A stretch of 64,000 nucleotides of DNA from Candidatus Poribacteria bacterium. GTDB taxonomy: Bacteria > Poribacteria > WGA-4E > PCPOR2b. The stretch is from assembly GCA_021295755.1 (NCBI GenBank), contig JAGWBT010000001.1, forward strand, positions 2,349 through 66,348, given 5' to 3'. The translations under genes were made by a program, and so were the position numbers. Positions 55,630 to 64,000 of this stretch are shown one piece after another. The first letter of the stretch is position 1, and every line of letters starts with the position of its first letter. The notes beneath the pieces were generated by a model. The model did not search any database and had not been told where the DNA came from. It saw only the letters and a program-made list of their open reading frames with translations.

Positions 55630-56664
55630 ATGAAACGGAAAAACGCACGATGGTGGATATCCATCGCCCTCTTTAGCATATCAGTGCTCAGCAGTCTCGC
55701 TATTTTAATTGCGATATCCTACATGGTACGCTATCTATCTCCTGCGGATGGGAATGCAAAACCGATACAGTTAAAAATTGTTCATGGTATGAGTTCACAG
55801 ACAATTGCAGACCAGCTTGCCGATCAGAACCTGATTCACAACCCATGGGCTTTCCTGTTTGTCACGCATCTCAGTGGTGTGAGCCACCGATTACAGGTAG
55901 GAACGTATTGCCTCAGCGGGGCAATGAGTATACCGCAGATTATCGACCACCTCAAAACTGGCAATGTGGTCACCCAACAATTTCTGGTTCCTGAAGGTCT
56001 AACTGTTTCCCAAATTGCGAAACTTTGGGAAAAGTCCGGATTCGGCACAGCGGCAGCGTTCAGCCAAGCTGCGAACGATCCTAAATGGAAGCTCAATTAC
56101 GACATTGAAGGGAAAACACTGGAGGGTTACCTATTTCCGAATACGTACCAATTTCCTGATGGGGCAAGACCGCCGGTAATACTGGAAATAATGCTTAATG
56201 AATTCCAACGACGATGGACAGCGGGGGTCATTGAAGAGGCTAGGGAGCTCGGATACTCTAAGCATGAAGTCATCACTCTCGCCTCCATTATTGAGGCAGA
56301 GACGAGAGTTCCTGATGAACGTCCCTTAGTTTCGGCTGTTTTTCACAATCGCCTCCGTCGCGGTTGGAAACTTCAAGCAGATCCAACTGCCCTTTACGGT
56401 TTAGGAAATCCTGAGCGACCACCCAGAGCAGCGGACCTCAGAGTTGATTCACCTTACAACACCTATATTTATAAGGGGTTGCCGCCGGGACCCATTTGCA
56501 ATCCGGGAATGGCTTCAATCTTAGCAGCACTCCGTCCCGCTGCGGTTGACTACATGTACTTTGTCGCTATAGGTGATGGCAGGCATCATTTCTCAAAGAC
56601 ACTAAGAGAACACCAAAACATGATCAACGAAATACGACGCAATCGCAGTCGGATCGGTGATTAA
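55630..56664 (+). CDS. mltG: endolytic murein transglycosylase MltG (YceG family)
   Basis: N-terminal TM anchor then YceG-like domain (…LYFVA.GDG.H.FS.T..EH). Confidence 0.85.
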   Translation: MKRKNARWWISIALFSISVLSSLAILIAISYMVRYLSPADGNAKPIQLKIVHGMSSQTIADQLADQNLIHNPWAFLFVTHLSGVSHRLQVGTYCLSGAMSIPQIIDHLKTGNVVTQQFLVPEGLTVSQIAKLWEKSGFGTAAAFSQAANDPKWKLNYDIEGKTLEGYLFPNTYQFPDGARPPVILEIMLNEFQRRWTAGVIEEARELGYSKHEVITLASIIEAETRVPDERPLVSAVFHNRLRRGWKLQADPTALYGLGNPERPPRAADLRVDSPYNTYIYKGLPPGPICNPGMASILAALRPAAVDYMYFVAIGDGRHHFSKTLREHQNMINEIRRNRSRIGD

Positions 56665-56779
56665 AACAACCGGAATAGGGAGATAACATTCCTACAGGTC
56701 CAGATCAGATGTCAGCTAGGAATACACGAACGCTTCAATTAATAATCAATTTCCAACCAAACGAAAGGGTATACACCTT

Positions 56780-58057
56780 TTGGCTTCACAACAAACTATC
56801 CAAAATGAGGTAACTATCTCAGGAACCGGTCTAATGCTTGGTGAACTAGTCAACCTCGCATTTAAGCCGGCGTCCGTGGACCATGGAATTGTGTTTCACC
56901 GGACTGATCTGCCCGATGAACCGATAGTCCAAGTTTGCCCCGATAACTACGAGGCAATCATTCCTCGCTGTACAAGCCTGCGCGCCGGGGCGGCGGCGGT
57001 CAACAGTGTTGAACATCTGCTGTCCGCATTGGCCGGCATGGGTGTTGATAACCTGCGAGTCGATATCGATGCCCCTGAGTGCCCAGCACTAGATGGCAGT
57101 GCATTACCGTATGTCGAGATCCTACAGCAGGCAGAGATAGTTGCACAGGATGCCCCACGCTCTCCCATCGAATTGAAAGACCCATTCGCTGCTTATGACG
57201 AGGACAAGCAACTCATCCTACTCCCCGCGGATTCCTTTCAAATCTCCTTTGTGTATGATCACCCAAAACTTCCTACGCAAGTAGCGACCCTTGCGATAGA
57301 TCCAGAAACTTACGTCAGTGAAATCGCTCCCGCACGCAGTTTCTGCTTTGCTGACGAAATCGAGTTACTCAGGAGCCAAGGAATCGGTAAGGGGGCAAGT
57401 TATGATAATGTCCTTGTTATTGAAGATGATGGAAGCACTAGTAGTGAGCTGAGGTTCCCCAATGAAGTTGTCCGACATAAAATGCTAGACTTAATAGGGG
57501 ACCTTTACTTAGTCGGAAAGCTGCCCCAAGCCCAAGCTGTTGCACTGAAGTCAGGGCATACGCTTCATGCACAACTCATCCTAGCGATGGCAGAGGAAGG
57601 ACTGATACAACAGCAACAGCCTATTGAAATTATGGATATTCTAGAAGTATTGCCCCACCGCTATCCGATGTGTATGTTGGATCGAATTATCCAAGCGGAA
57701 CCCGGCAAACGCGCAGTGGGCATCAAAAATCTTAGTTTTAATGAGCCTTTTTTTCAGGGGCATTTTCCCGAGCAACCCGTCATGCCCGGCGTGTTACAAA
57801 TGGAAGCATTGGCGCAGCTCGGGGCATGGTTGCTGTTAAAAGAACTGGGGGCTGAAGGACAAGTCGGATATTTTGTGTCAATCAAGGAAGCCAAATTTAG
57901 ACGACCGGTTGTACCGGGCGATCAACTTCGACTAGAAATCGAAATACTTCGAAGACGTCGTACATGGGCGAGGCTTGGCGGCAAGGCGTATGTCGGCGAT
58001 CAACTTGCAGCGGAGGGAGAGCTGTCAATCGCGCTGGGACAGGAGTCAGCGGGATAG
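56780..58057 (+). CDS. lpxC-fabZ: bifunctional UDP-3-O-acyl-GlcNAc deacetylase / 3-hydroxyacyl-ACP dehydratase (LpxC-FabZ fusion)
   Basis: N-terminal LpxC (TISGTGLMLGELVNLAFKPA … HKMLDLIGDL) fused to a C-terminal FabZ hotdog domain (…LPHRYPMCMLDRI…GHFP..PVMPGVLQMEA). TTG start. Confidence 0.9.
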   Translation: MASQQTIQNEVTISGTGLMLGELVNLAFKPASVDHGIVFHRTDLPDEPIVQVCPDNYEAIIPRCTSLRAGAAAVNSVEHLLSALAGMGVDNLRVDIDAPECPALDGSALPYVEILQQAEIVAQDAPRSPIELKDPFAAYDEDKQLILLPADSFQISFVYDHPKLPTQVATLAIDPETYVSEIAPARSFCFADEIELLRSQGIGKGASYDNVLVIEDDGSTSSELRFPNEVVRHKMLDLIGDLYLVGKLPQAQAVALKSGHTLHAQLILAMAEEGLIQQQQPIEIMDILEVLPHRYPMCMLDRIIQAEPGKRAVGIKNLSFNEPFFQGHFPEQPVMPGVLQMEALAQLGAWLLLKELGAEGQVGYFVSIKEAKFRRPVVPGDQLRLEIEILRRRRTWARLGGKAYVGDQLAAEGELSIALGQESAG

Positions 58058-58142
58058 GAAAGTATACTCATTCGGATTGAACCTATCACGATCCGATATT
58101 TTTCAGTGGTTTATGGGACCGCATAAAAAAAGGAGAGCAGCG

Positions 58143-58934
58143 GTGACAAAGATTCATGAAACTGCCATCATCCATCCGAAAGCCGAATTAGACGAAGACG
58201 TTGAAGTCGGTCCCTTCTCGATTATCAGCGAGGATGTGCAAATTGGTCGTGGAACTGTAATTGGACCGCACGTCCAGATTGACCGCTGGACCACCATCGG
58301 TGAAGAGTGCCAGGTCTTTTTCGGTTCTACACTTGGCAATCCTTCAAAGGACCTCAAGTATGGTGGTTGGCGAAGTTATACCCGAATTGGCAATCGGAAT
58401 GTTCTTCGCGAGTATGTCTCAATTTCTAGGGCGACGGCGGAGGATGACGCCACAATCATCGGTGATAACAACCTGCTTATGAACTGGGTTAATATTGCCC
58501 ATGACACAGTCGTTGGAAGTCGAATCATTATGGCAAACTTTGCGACAATTGCGGGACATGTACTCATTGAGGATGATGCGCGGATCGGTGCCCACGCCGC
58601 AATTCACCAGTTTGTTCGCATCGGTAAAATGGCGATGGTTGGAGCTTGCTCAAAGTTCGTTCAGGATGTGCCACCGTTTACCGTGTCTGATGGACACCCC
58701 GCTCGCGTGCGTAGCCTAAATATTGTTGGACTTGGCACCTCACAGGTTCACCCAATGGCATCGCTCTCGTCTGAAACCATCAGACGCCTCAAAAGCGCTT
58801 ACCGTACTCTATTCCGCAGCAAGGTCAACCTTACAGAGGCAATAACGCAGATAAGAGGCGAAGGTGAACCGGACCCAGAAGTGGAATATCTACTGAATTT
58901 TATTGAGAATTCCAATCGAGGAATCGGTGTTTAA
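58143..58934 (+). CDS. lpxA: acyl-ACP--UDP-N-acetylglucosamine O-acyltransferase
   Basis: Left-handed beta-helix hexapeptide repeats from IHETAIIHPKAEL onward, with C-terminal helical domain. GTG 58143 after AAAAAGGAGAG; the track ORF is open upstream to 57975. Confidence 0.85.
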   Translation: MTKIHETAIIHPKAELDEDVEVGPFSIISEDVQIGRGTVIGPHVQIDRWTTIGEECQVFFGSTLGNPSKDLKYGGWRSYTRIGNRNVLREYVSISRATAEDDATIIGDNNLLMNWVNIAHDTVVGSRIIMANFATIAGHVLIEDDARIGAHAAIHQFVRIGKMAMVGACSKFVQDVPPFTVSDGHPARVRSLNIVGLGTSQVHPMASLSSETIRRLKSAYRTLFRSKVNLTEAITQIRGEGEPDPEVEYLLNFIENSNRGIGV

Positions 58935-58960
58935 CAGAAAACAGATGTAAGAGGACACCA

Positions 58961-59764
58961 TTGGAAAAACTGGGGCTCATTGCTGGAGCCGGCGATTTAC
59001 CCCTTCTGCTCGCACAAGCAGCATTAAAACAGGAGCGGATACCGTTTGTTATCCAGATCACTCAACCCGCCTCCAAACAACTTGAGAGCATTGCCTCAGA
59101 GACATTTTCATTTAGCATTGGGCAGGTTCAGAAGATAACAAAAACGCTGCTCGACGCAGGTGTCCGAGAATTGGCAATTATCGGCAAAATTGACACAGGA
59201 ATCCTGTTCCGTCCGTTTCTAGTAGACCCAACGGCTGTCAAGATTCTGGCGAGGAATCGCAACAAAGGAACTCGTGCAATCGTTGCTGCGGTGATTGAAC
59301 ACTTTGAATCGAAAGGAATTAGTGTAGTTGAGCAGCATCGATTTTTACGGGGGTTGATGCCATCGGCAGGTGTATTGACGAAAAGGCAACCAACCCAATC
59401 CCAGTGGGCGGATGTGAAGTACGGGATGCAGCTTGCACGGCAAATGGCAGATTTGGGGATTGGACAGACCGTCGTTGTAAAGAATATGACGGCAGTTGCA
59501 ATTGAAGCGATCGAGGGGACCGATAAAACAATAAAACGGGGTGGGATGCTCGGTGGTAAAGGCGTTATTGTTGCCAAAGCGGCAGCGACTGACCACGATT
59601 TTCGTGTCGATGTGCCAACAGTCGGGGATCAAACTCTGAAAACCCTGCAAGCCGTTGGCGGAAATGTACTCGCTGTTGAAGCAGAACGCACGTTTGTTAT
59701 GAATCAACAGCCGCTTTGCGAACAGGCGGATCAGTGGAAAATTCCCATTGTTGCCTTGGCTTAA
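58961..59764 (+). CDS. lpxI: UDP-2,3-diacylglucosamine pyrophosphatase LpxI-like (DUF1009)
   Basis: LGLIAGAGDLP N-terminus as in Caulobacter LpxI; 267 aa; position downstream of lpxA. Confidence 0.6.
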   Translation: MEKLGLIAGAGDLPLLLAQAALKQERIPFVIQITQPASKQLESIASETFSFSIGQVQKITKTLLDAGVRELAIIGKIDTGILFRPFLVDPTAVKILARNRNKGTRAIVAAVIEHFESKGISVVEQHRFLRGLMPSAGVLTKRQPTQSQWADVKYGMQLARQMADLGIGQTVVVKNMTAVAIEAIEGTDKTIKRGGMLGGKGVIVAKAAATDHDFRVDVPTVGDQTLKTLQAVGGNVLAVEAERTFVMNQQPLCEQADQWKIPIVALA

Positions 59765-59862
59765 TCTGTAAACATCGTATCGGTTTCACCTAGCGAGGCT
59801 AGACGATACACTTGCCCATGGCAGATATATTGTTGGCTACGGTTTTTTTTGTGTCAGATTCA

Positions 59863-60993
59863 TCACACTTCCATGACCGTGGTGTTGGTCAAGTAAGGAG
59901 AGTCGAAGTGCGTGCGTTCGCCAGCATTCAATCCGGGTATGGGGAACAAACGGACGGAGAGCGGTTTTTTCCATCGAATCGAGAGAGAAGCCACATCGGT
60001 AAGGATGCCGCATATTTGACGCATGGAAGCATCACCGGGAATCGGAATCGTGTCGAGCCCAGTACCACAAACAGCGGAGTAGAGTAGTAAACTATCTAGG
60101 TTAAAACACCCCTCACTGCCACGATTTCCCAATACTTCGTCCTCAAGGCTAGGAAGCATCAAGCCCGAGTATCCACATCGCGGCAGATTCAGCGAGTCGA
60201 GCGTCTTCGTAATCGCGCCTACGACCGTGAGCGTCCCCCTTTCCCCAAATCTGGCGGGAAGTAGAGTCTCAATTGCACCTGCGATGCTTTCATTTCCCAT
60301 TGGAGCAGGCGAGACATCCAACCCTACAAATCGAACCCTAGCTTCTTTCGCAAGCTCTTCAGCTAGAACTACAATTTGCTTCCCTTCGCGTTCCATTAGG
60401 CTTTTTAAGCGCACTGATGCAATCTCTATATTGGGTGCATCAACAAATGCCTGATGAACAAGATCAGCAGCCTGCCAGCCAACTCCAAAATTGAATCCTT
60501 GGTCCTGCCAATACGCAGCGGGGAAGAAAGGGGTGTTGGGGGGACAATTCATCGTTGCAGCAAAACGTAGATTTCCAAGTCCATCATCGGTTGTATGGGC
60601 AATCTTCTGTATGACTGCTGCGGTCTTTTCGGCTGCCTCCCATTTAATCTGCTGGTCGGGGGTTGTCAGGGTGGCTGATGTGAAGAGGGTATCGCTTTGA
60701 GAGATCGCTTCCGGAACAAGAGCGAGGTGGGTAGATGTTTGTGGAAGGTGAGGAAAAATGGTTCCTAGGCTGAAAAATTCGCATCCTAACTCAAGGACGC
60801 GGCGATCTAATTCAAGTACCTGATCTATATGAGAAATTTTGCCCCATGTCTGACTGCTAATCCGCGTGGTCTGAACTTCGTACCCATTTGCCTCGAGACG
60901 GTTCTGACAGCGACGATTAAAATCCACCGCGAACTGCAACTGTTCATATGAAAAAGCGTCAGGTATCCCTACAGTTACGGTACGGACTTTCAT
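59863..60993 (-). CDS. UPF0210/DUF711 family protein
   Basis: MKVRTVTVGI N-terminus and VCGTGLDTIPIPGD motif are reminiscent of DUF711. Overlaps accA by 4 nt (ATGA). Confidence 0.55.
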   Translation of the reverse strand: MKVRTVTVGIPDAFSYEQLQFAVDFNRRCQNRLEANGYEVQTTRISSQTWGKISHIDQVLELDRRVLELGCEFFSLGTIFPHLPQTSTHLALVPEAISQSDTLFTSATLTTPDQQIKWEAAEKTAAVIQKIAHTTDDGLGNLRFAATMNCPPNTPFFPAAYWQDQGFNFGVGWQAADLVHQAFVDAPNIEIASVRLKSLMEREGKQIVVLAEELAKEARVRFVGLDVSPAPMGNESIAGAIETLLPARFGERGTLTVVGAITKTLDSLNLPRCGYSGLMLPSLEDEVLGNRGSEGCFNLDSLLLYSAVCGTGLDTIPIPGDASMRQICGILTDVASLSIRWKKPLSVRLFPIPGLNAGERTHFDSPYLTNTTVMEV

Positions 60994-61952
60994 AACTCAC
61001 CGTAGACCCCAATTTTCCGGTAGCGTTCGCATCGTTGTTCAACCAAAAGTGCTGAATCAATTTCCCTCAGTTCTTTGAGATGCTTGCGTATTGCATTTCT
61101 GACACGCCTCGCCGCAAGTTCGATATCCCGGTGGGCGCCACCGAGCGGTTCACGAATAACCTCATCAATGACGCCAAATTTCAACAGATCTTCAGCCGTT
61201 GGTTTGTAACCCTCTGTGGCTTCTGGTGCGCGCTCACCATCATCTTTCCATACGATACTACTACACACTTCAGGGGCAGCGACGCAGTAAATAGCGTACT
61301 CCATCATCAAGACGCGATCTCCAATAGCAATGGCTAACGCACCTCCGCTACCGCCTTCACCAATCACCACGACGATAATCGGAATGCGCAAGGTGCACAT
61401 CTGAGCGAGATTCTCCGCAATCGCTATCGATTGCCCACGCTCTTCCGATTCAGCGTCGTAATGAGCGCCACGCGTGTCAACAAAACAGATCAGAGGACGA
61501 TTGAACTTTTCCGCCAGAATCATCAAACGTCGTGCCTTGCGGTATCCCTCCGGACGGGTATACCCAAAGTTCATCTCTTGGCGTTCTTTGATGTTTGTGC
61601 CTTTTTGCTGGGCGAGGTAAACAACAGGTTGGCCGTCGAACCAAGCAAATCCGCCGACTAAAGCCCGGTCATCGGCATAAAGCCTGTCACCGTATAACTC
61701 GATTGGCTCCTCAAGCATCGCCTCAATATAAACTGGTGCCTGGGGGCGTTCTGCATGACGTGATAGCCACACCTTATCCCACCGTGATACTTTTTGAAAG
61801 GCTTGCTTTGTTAGATCTTTTGTGTTCTCGTCTATAGCCTCAATCGCCTTCGTTAGATCTAATTCAGGATGCACTTCGGCAAATGCCTTCAGTTGAGCGG
61901 CATATTGATTAAGTTCAAGCAACGGTTGTTCAAAATCTAAAAGACTTCGCAT
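60990..61952 (-). CDS. accA: acetyl-CoA carboxylase carboxyltransferase subunit alpha
   Basis: Crotonase-fold CT-alpha motifs (…PEGYRKA.RLM..AEKF..P…GEGGSGGALA…). Confidence 0.9.
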   Translation of the reverse strand: MRSLLDFEQPLLELNQYAAQLKAFAEVHPELDLTKAIEAIDENTKDLTKQAFQKVSRWDKVWLSRHAERPQAPVYIEAMLEEPIELYGDRLYADDRALVGGFAWFDGQPVVYLAQQKGTNIKERQEMNFGYTRPEGYRKARRLMILAEKFNRPLICFVDTRGAHYDAESEERGQSIAIAENLAQMCTLRIPIIVVVIGEGGSGGALAIAIGDRVLMMEYAIYCVAAPEVCSSIVWKDDGERAPEATEGYKPTAEDLLKFGVIDEVIREPLGGAHRDIELAARRVRNAIRKHLKELREIDSALLVEQRCERYRKIGVYGEL

Positions 61953-62059
61953 AATTTAGACTTTCTAGCAATAAGTTCATCGTACCTACGTTGATCAGCC
62001 AAGAAAAACAACTGGACAGACACTTGATTCCTACCGACTTTCTGTTATTCTCTCCTTGG

Positions 62060-63103
62060 CTAATTCTCTACAGCTTCCTCGCGTTCAAACAGTACATCCA
62101 CAAACTCACGGCCAACAAAATCACGGAGATCATCCAACTTTTCGCCAATTCCAATTAATCTAACCGGGGCACCAATTTCCTTTTTCACAGCAATGACAAT
62201 CCCGCCTTTTGCTGTACCATCTAGCTTGGTGACAGCCACACCGGTGATAGGTACTGCTTCGTTGAAGACCTTCGCCTGCATAATTGCATTCTGTCCTGCT
62301 GTTCCATCAAGGACAAGCAGCACCTCGTGTGGTGCTTCTGGGACTGCGCGTTGCATCACCCGTCCAATTTTCGACAATTCATCCATCAACGGCTTTTTTG
62401 TGTGAAGTCTGCCAGCAGTATCAATGATGAGTAGGTCTGCCTGACGCGATTTTGCCGCTTCCATGGCGTCAAAAACGACCGATGCCGGATCTGCTCCCTC
62501 ACCACCTTGAACTAGTTCAACACCGGCGCGATCACACCAGATGGCAAGCTGATCTGCGGCTGCTGCCCGAAAGGTATCTCCTGCAGCAACAAGCACCCGA
62601 TTTCCTTCGGATCTGAAGCGATATGCTAGTTTGCCGATGGTCGTTGTTTTGCCTGCACCATTGATACCAAGCACCAGAATCGTGTGCGGTTGGCCACCAT
62701 CAACTCTGATGGGAGCATCTTCCCCAAGTACATTCAACATCTCTTGCTTGAGAATCTCCGGCAGTTCCGACGCATCGCTGAGTCCTCTCTGCCTGACGAC
62801 CTCCCGCACATTGTCCATCAGTTCGAGCGTAGTGTTGACACCGATGTCGGCTTGTATCAAAATCTCCTCAATCTCTTCCATCAACTCTTCATCAATTGTT
62901 CTGCCGACGCCTAGTAATCCAGAGATTTGCCCAACAATGCTATTTCGAGTCTTGGACAACCCTTCTCTAAGCCGATGAAACCAGCTACCTTCTTTCCCAG
63001 GTGTCACTTCAGATGTAGGTGGTTCGGTTGCCGGTTCCTCAACCTCAATATGTTGCTCCTCCGATAAATTGTCTGCTTTCCGATTGAATAAATTTCTAAT
63101 CAT
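62060..63103 (-). CDS. ftsY: signal recognition particle receptor FtsY
   Basis: SRP54-type GTPase: GINGAGKTTTIGKLA (G1), DTAGR (G3), TKLDGTAKGG (G4 region), preceded by an N/helical domain. Confidence 0.9.
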   Translation of the reverse strand: MIRNLFNRKADNLSEEQHIEVEEPATEPPTSEVTPGKEGSWFHRLREGLSKTRNSIVGQISGLLGVGRTIDEELMEEIEEILIQADIGVNTTLELMDNVREVVRQRGLSDASELPEILKQEMLNVLGEDAPIRVDGGQPHTILVLGINGAGKTTTIGKLAYRFRSEGNRVLVAAGDTFRAAAADQLAIWCDRAGVELVQGGEGADPASVVFDAMEAAKSRQADLLIIDTAGRLHTKKPLMDELSKIGRVMQRAVPEAPHEVLLVLDGTAGQNAIMQAKVFNEAVPITGVAVTKLDGTAKGGIVIAVKKEIGAPVRLIGIGEKLDDLRDFVGREFVDVLFEREEAVEN

Positions 63104-63390
63104 CTATCTTTCCATCACCAATAAGTTCCTAAGTATCCTTAACCTAAGTTGCTAGTTATGTGCGACACGATAAAAGTCACTCCCAAGACCCATAGGTCGG
63201 GCACCTCGCCTCAACTACAGAGCCTCAGAGGGGCGAGAGGTGTATCGTCATTATGAAAATTCGAACTACAGTTGAGCGTAGCGAAATCCCGATTTATCGG
63301 GGTTATCTAGCAGTGCATCCTTAAAGGACTAGTTACATTATACGACTGTAACATATTATACATCAATCCTACCCAGAACAAAACAAAAAT

Positions 63391-63419
63391 TTGACTTCGT
63401 CCAGTACACGTCATATAAT
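63391..63419 (+). promoter_or_regulatory. sigma70-type promoter upstream of the rhamnulokinase-like gene
   Basis: TTGACT (63391-63396), 17 nt, TATAAT (63414-63419). About 42 nt upstream of ATG 63462. Confidence 0.5.
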
Positions 63420-63461
63420 ACCGACCTTGAAATGAACCCCAACTGTATCACGAGGACGGAA

Positions 63462-64000
63462 ATGGGAGCAGCACGACAATTTTTGGCATTCGATCTCGGC
63501 GCAGAAAGTGGACGTGGCGTACTTGGGACCTTCGATGGGGAACGCCTCAATCTAGAAGAAATCCATCGGTTTCCAAATGGCGGCATCCGTGTTTTGGATA
63601 GCCTACACTGGGATGTCTTAAGGCTCTGGGACGACATGAAAACGGCACTTTCGATGTGTGCGCAAAAACATGTAGACTTCAGCGGAATTGGAATTGACAC
63701 GTGGGGTGTCGATTTTGGCCTACTCGGCAGAGGTGATGTGCTGCTTGGATTCCCGTATCACTATCGTGATTCACGCACCGACGGCATGCTGGAAGAGGCT
63801 TTTCGACGTATAGATCGCGCGACAGTCTTCGAGCGAAGTGGCTGTCAGTTTCTTCAGATTAACACACTTTATCAGTTGCTGTCAATGGTTGTCGACGAAT
63901 CCCCGCTACTCGATGCTGCCGAAACATTTCTCATGATTCCCGACCTTTTCAACTTCTGGTTGACGGGAGAGAAAGTGTGTGAATTTACTGATGCAACAAC
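63462..64000 (+). CDS. rhaB: FGGY-family sugar kinase, rhamnulokinase-like (3' end outside window)
   Basis: LAFDLGAESGRGVLGTF...EIHRFPNG...GIDTWGVDFGLL...YRDSRT...SGCQFLQINTLYQL aligns closely with the RhaB N-terminus. Not in the ORF track because no stop occurs within the window. Confidence 0.8.
   Translation, partial: MGAARQFLAFDLGAESGRGVLGTFDGERLNLEEIHRFPNGGIRVLDSLHWDVLRLWDDMKTALSMCAQKHVDFSGIGIDTWGVDFGLLGRGDVLLGFPYHYRDSRTDGMLEEAFRRIDRATVFERSGCQFLQINTLYQLLSMVVDESPLLDAAETFLMIPDLFNFWLTGEKVCEFTDAT

Noticed and set aside
57975-58142. Upstream extension of lpxA overlapping lpxC-fabZ
   Set aside because: The LpxA hexapeptide-repeat domain begins right after GTG 58143, which has an AAAAAGGAGAG RBS. 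The extension would overlap the FabZ domain by 80 nt.
59128-59707. Antisense ORFs inside the LpxI-like gene
   Set aside because: Embedded antisense. The sense-strand product has a recognisable LpxI N-terminus.
63356-63700. 114-aa minus-strand ORF at the window end
   Set aside because: It overlaps the start of a well-aligned rhamnulokinase-like gene on the plus strand, which has a consensus promoter and RBS. It is likely spurious.
1-64000. Search for tRNA, rRNA, tmRNA/SRP RNA and CRISPR arrays
   Set aside because: No GGTTCGAnTCC-type T-arm with a matching acceptor stem was found in intergenic regions. There are no runs of regularly spaced direct repeats with unique spacers and no rRNA-like conserved blocks. 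The longest non-coding stretches (2812-3283, 8519-8991, 9685-10009) contain only promoters and weak hairpins.

Overview
The window is a 64 kb bacterial chromosomal segment from a diderm organism: it carries BamA and a TamB-like protein, an LpxC/FabZ fusion with LpxA and LpxI, RelA/SpoT, FtsY and AccA. Gene density is high on both strands. Several well-spaced sigma70-type promoters (TTGACA-17-TATAAT-like) are visible. I found no tRNA, rRNA or CRISPR array. Three parts stand out. (1) Housekeeping genes: rel, rpmB, nadB, ribD, archease, RNase J, dus, tsaD/tsaC, ruvX, mltG, lpxC-fabZ/lpxA/lpxI, accA and ftsY. (2) An outer-membrane biogenesis locus in which a 2194-aa TamB-like protein and a 951-aa BamA are each preceded by a paralogous HEAT-repeat lipoprotein. 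(3) A large accessory catabolic region of Gfo/Idh/MocA oxidoreductases (three, two of them clear paralogs), two PhyH-family dioxygenases, a DapA-family lyase, a 2-hydroxyacid dehydrogenase, an amidohydrolase, UxuA, xylose-isomerase-like TIM barrels, a cupin, an SSF symporter and a rhamnulokinase. Inside that region sit a tightly packed four-gene operon of unrecognisable membrane proteins, an archaeal-type pantoate kinase / phosphopantothenate synthetase pair, and a tyrosine recombinase whose upstream region carries a cluster of direct and inverted 15-bp repeats plus a perfect 12-bp palindrome. The six-frame ORF track misses one gene, ribosomal protein L28 (TTG start). All calls are sequence-only; no database searches could be run.
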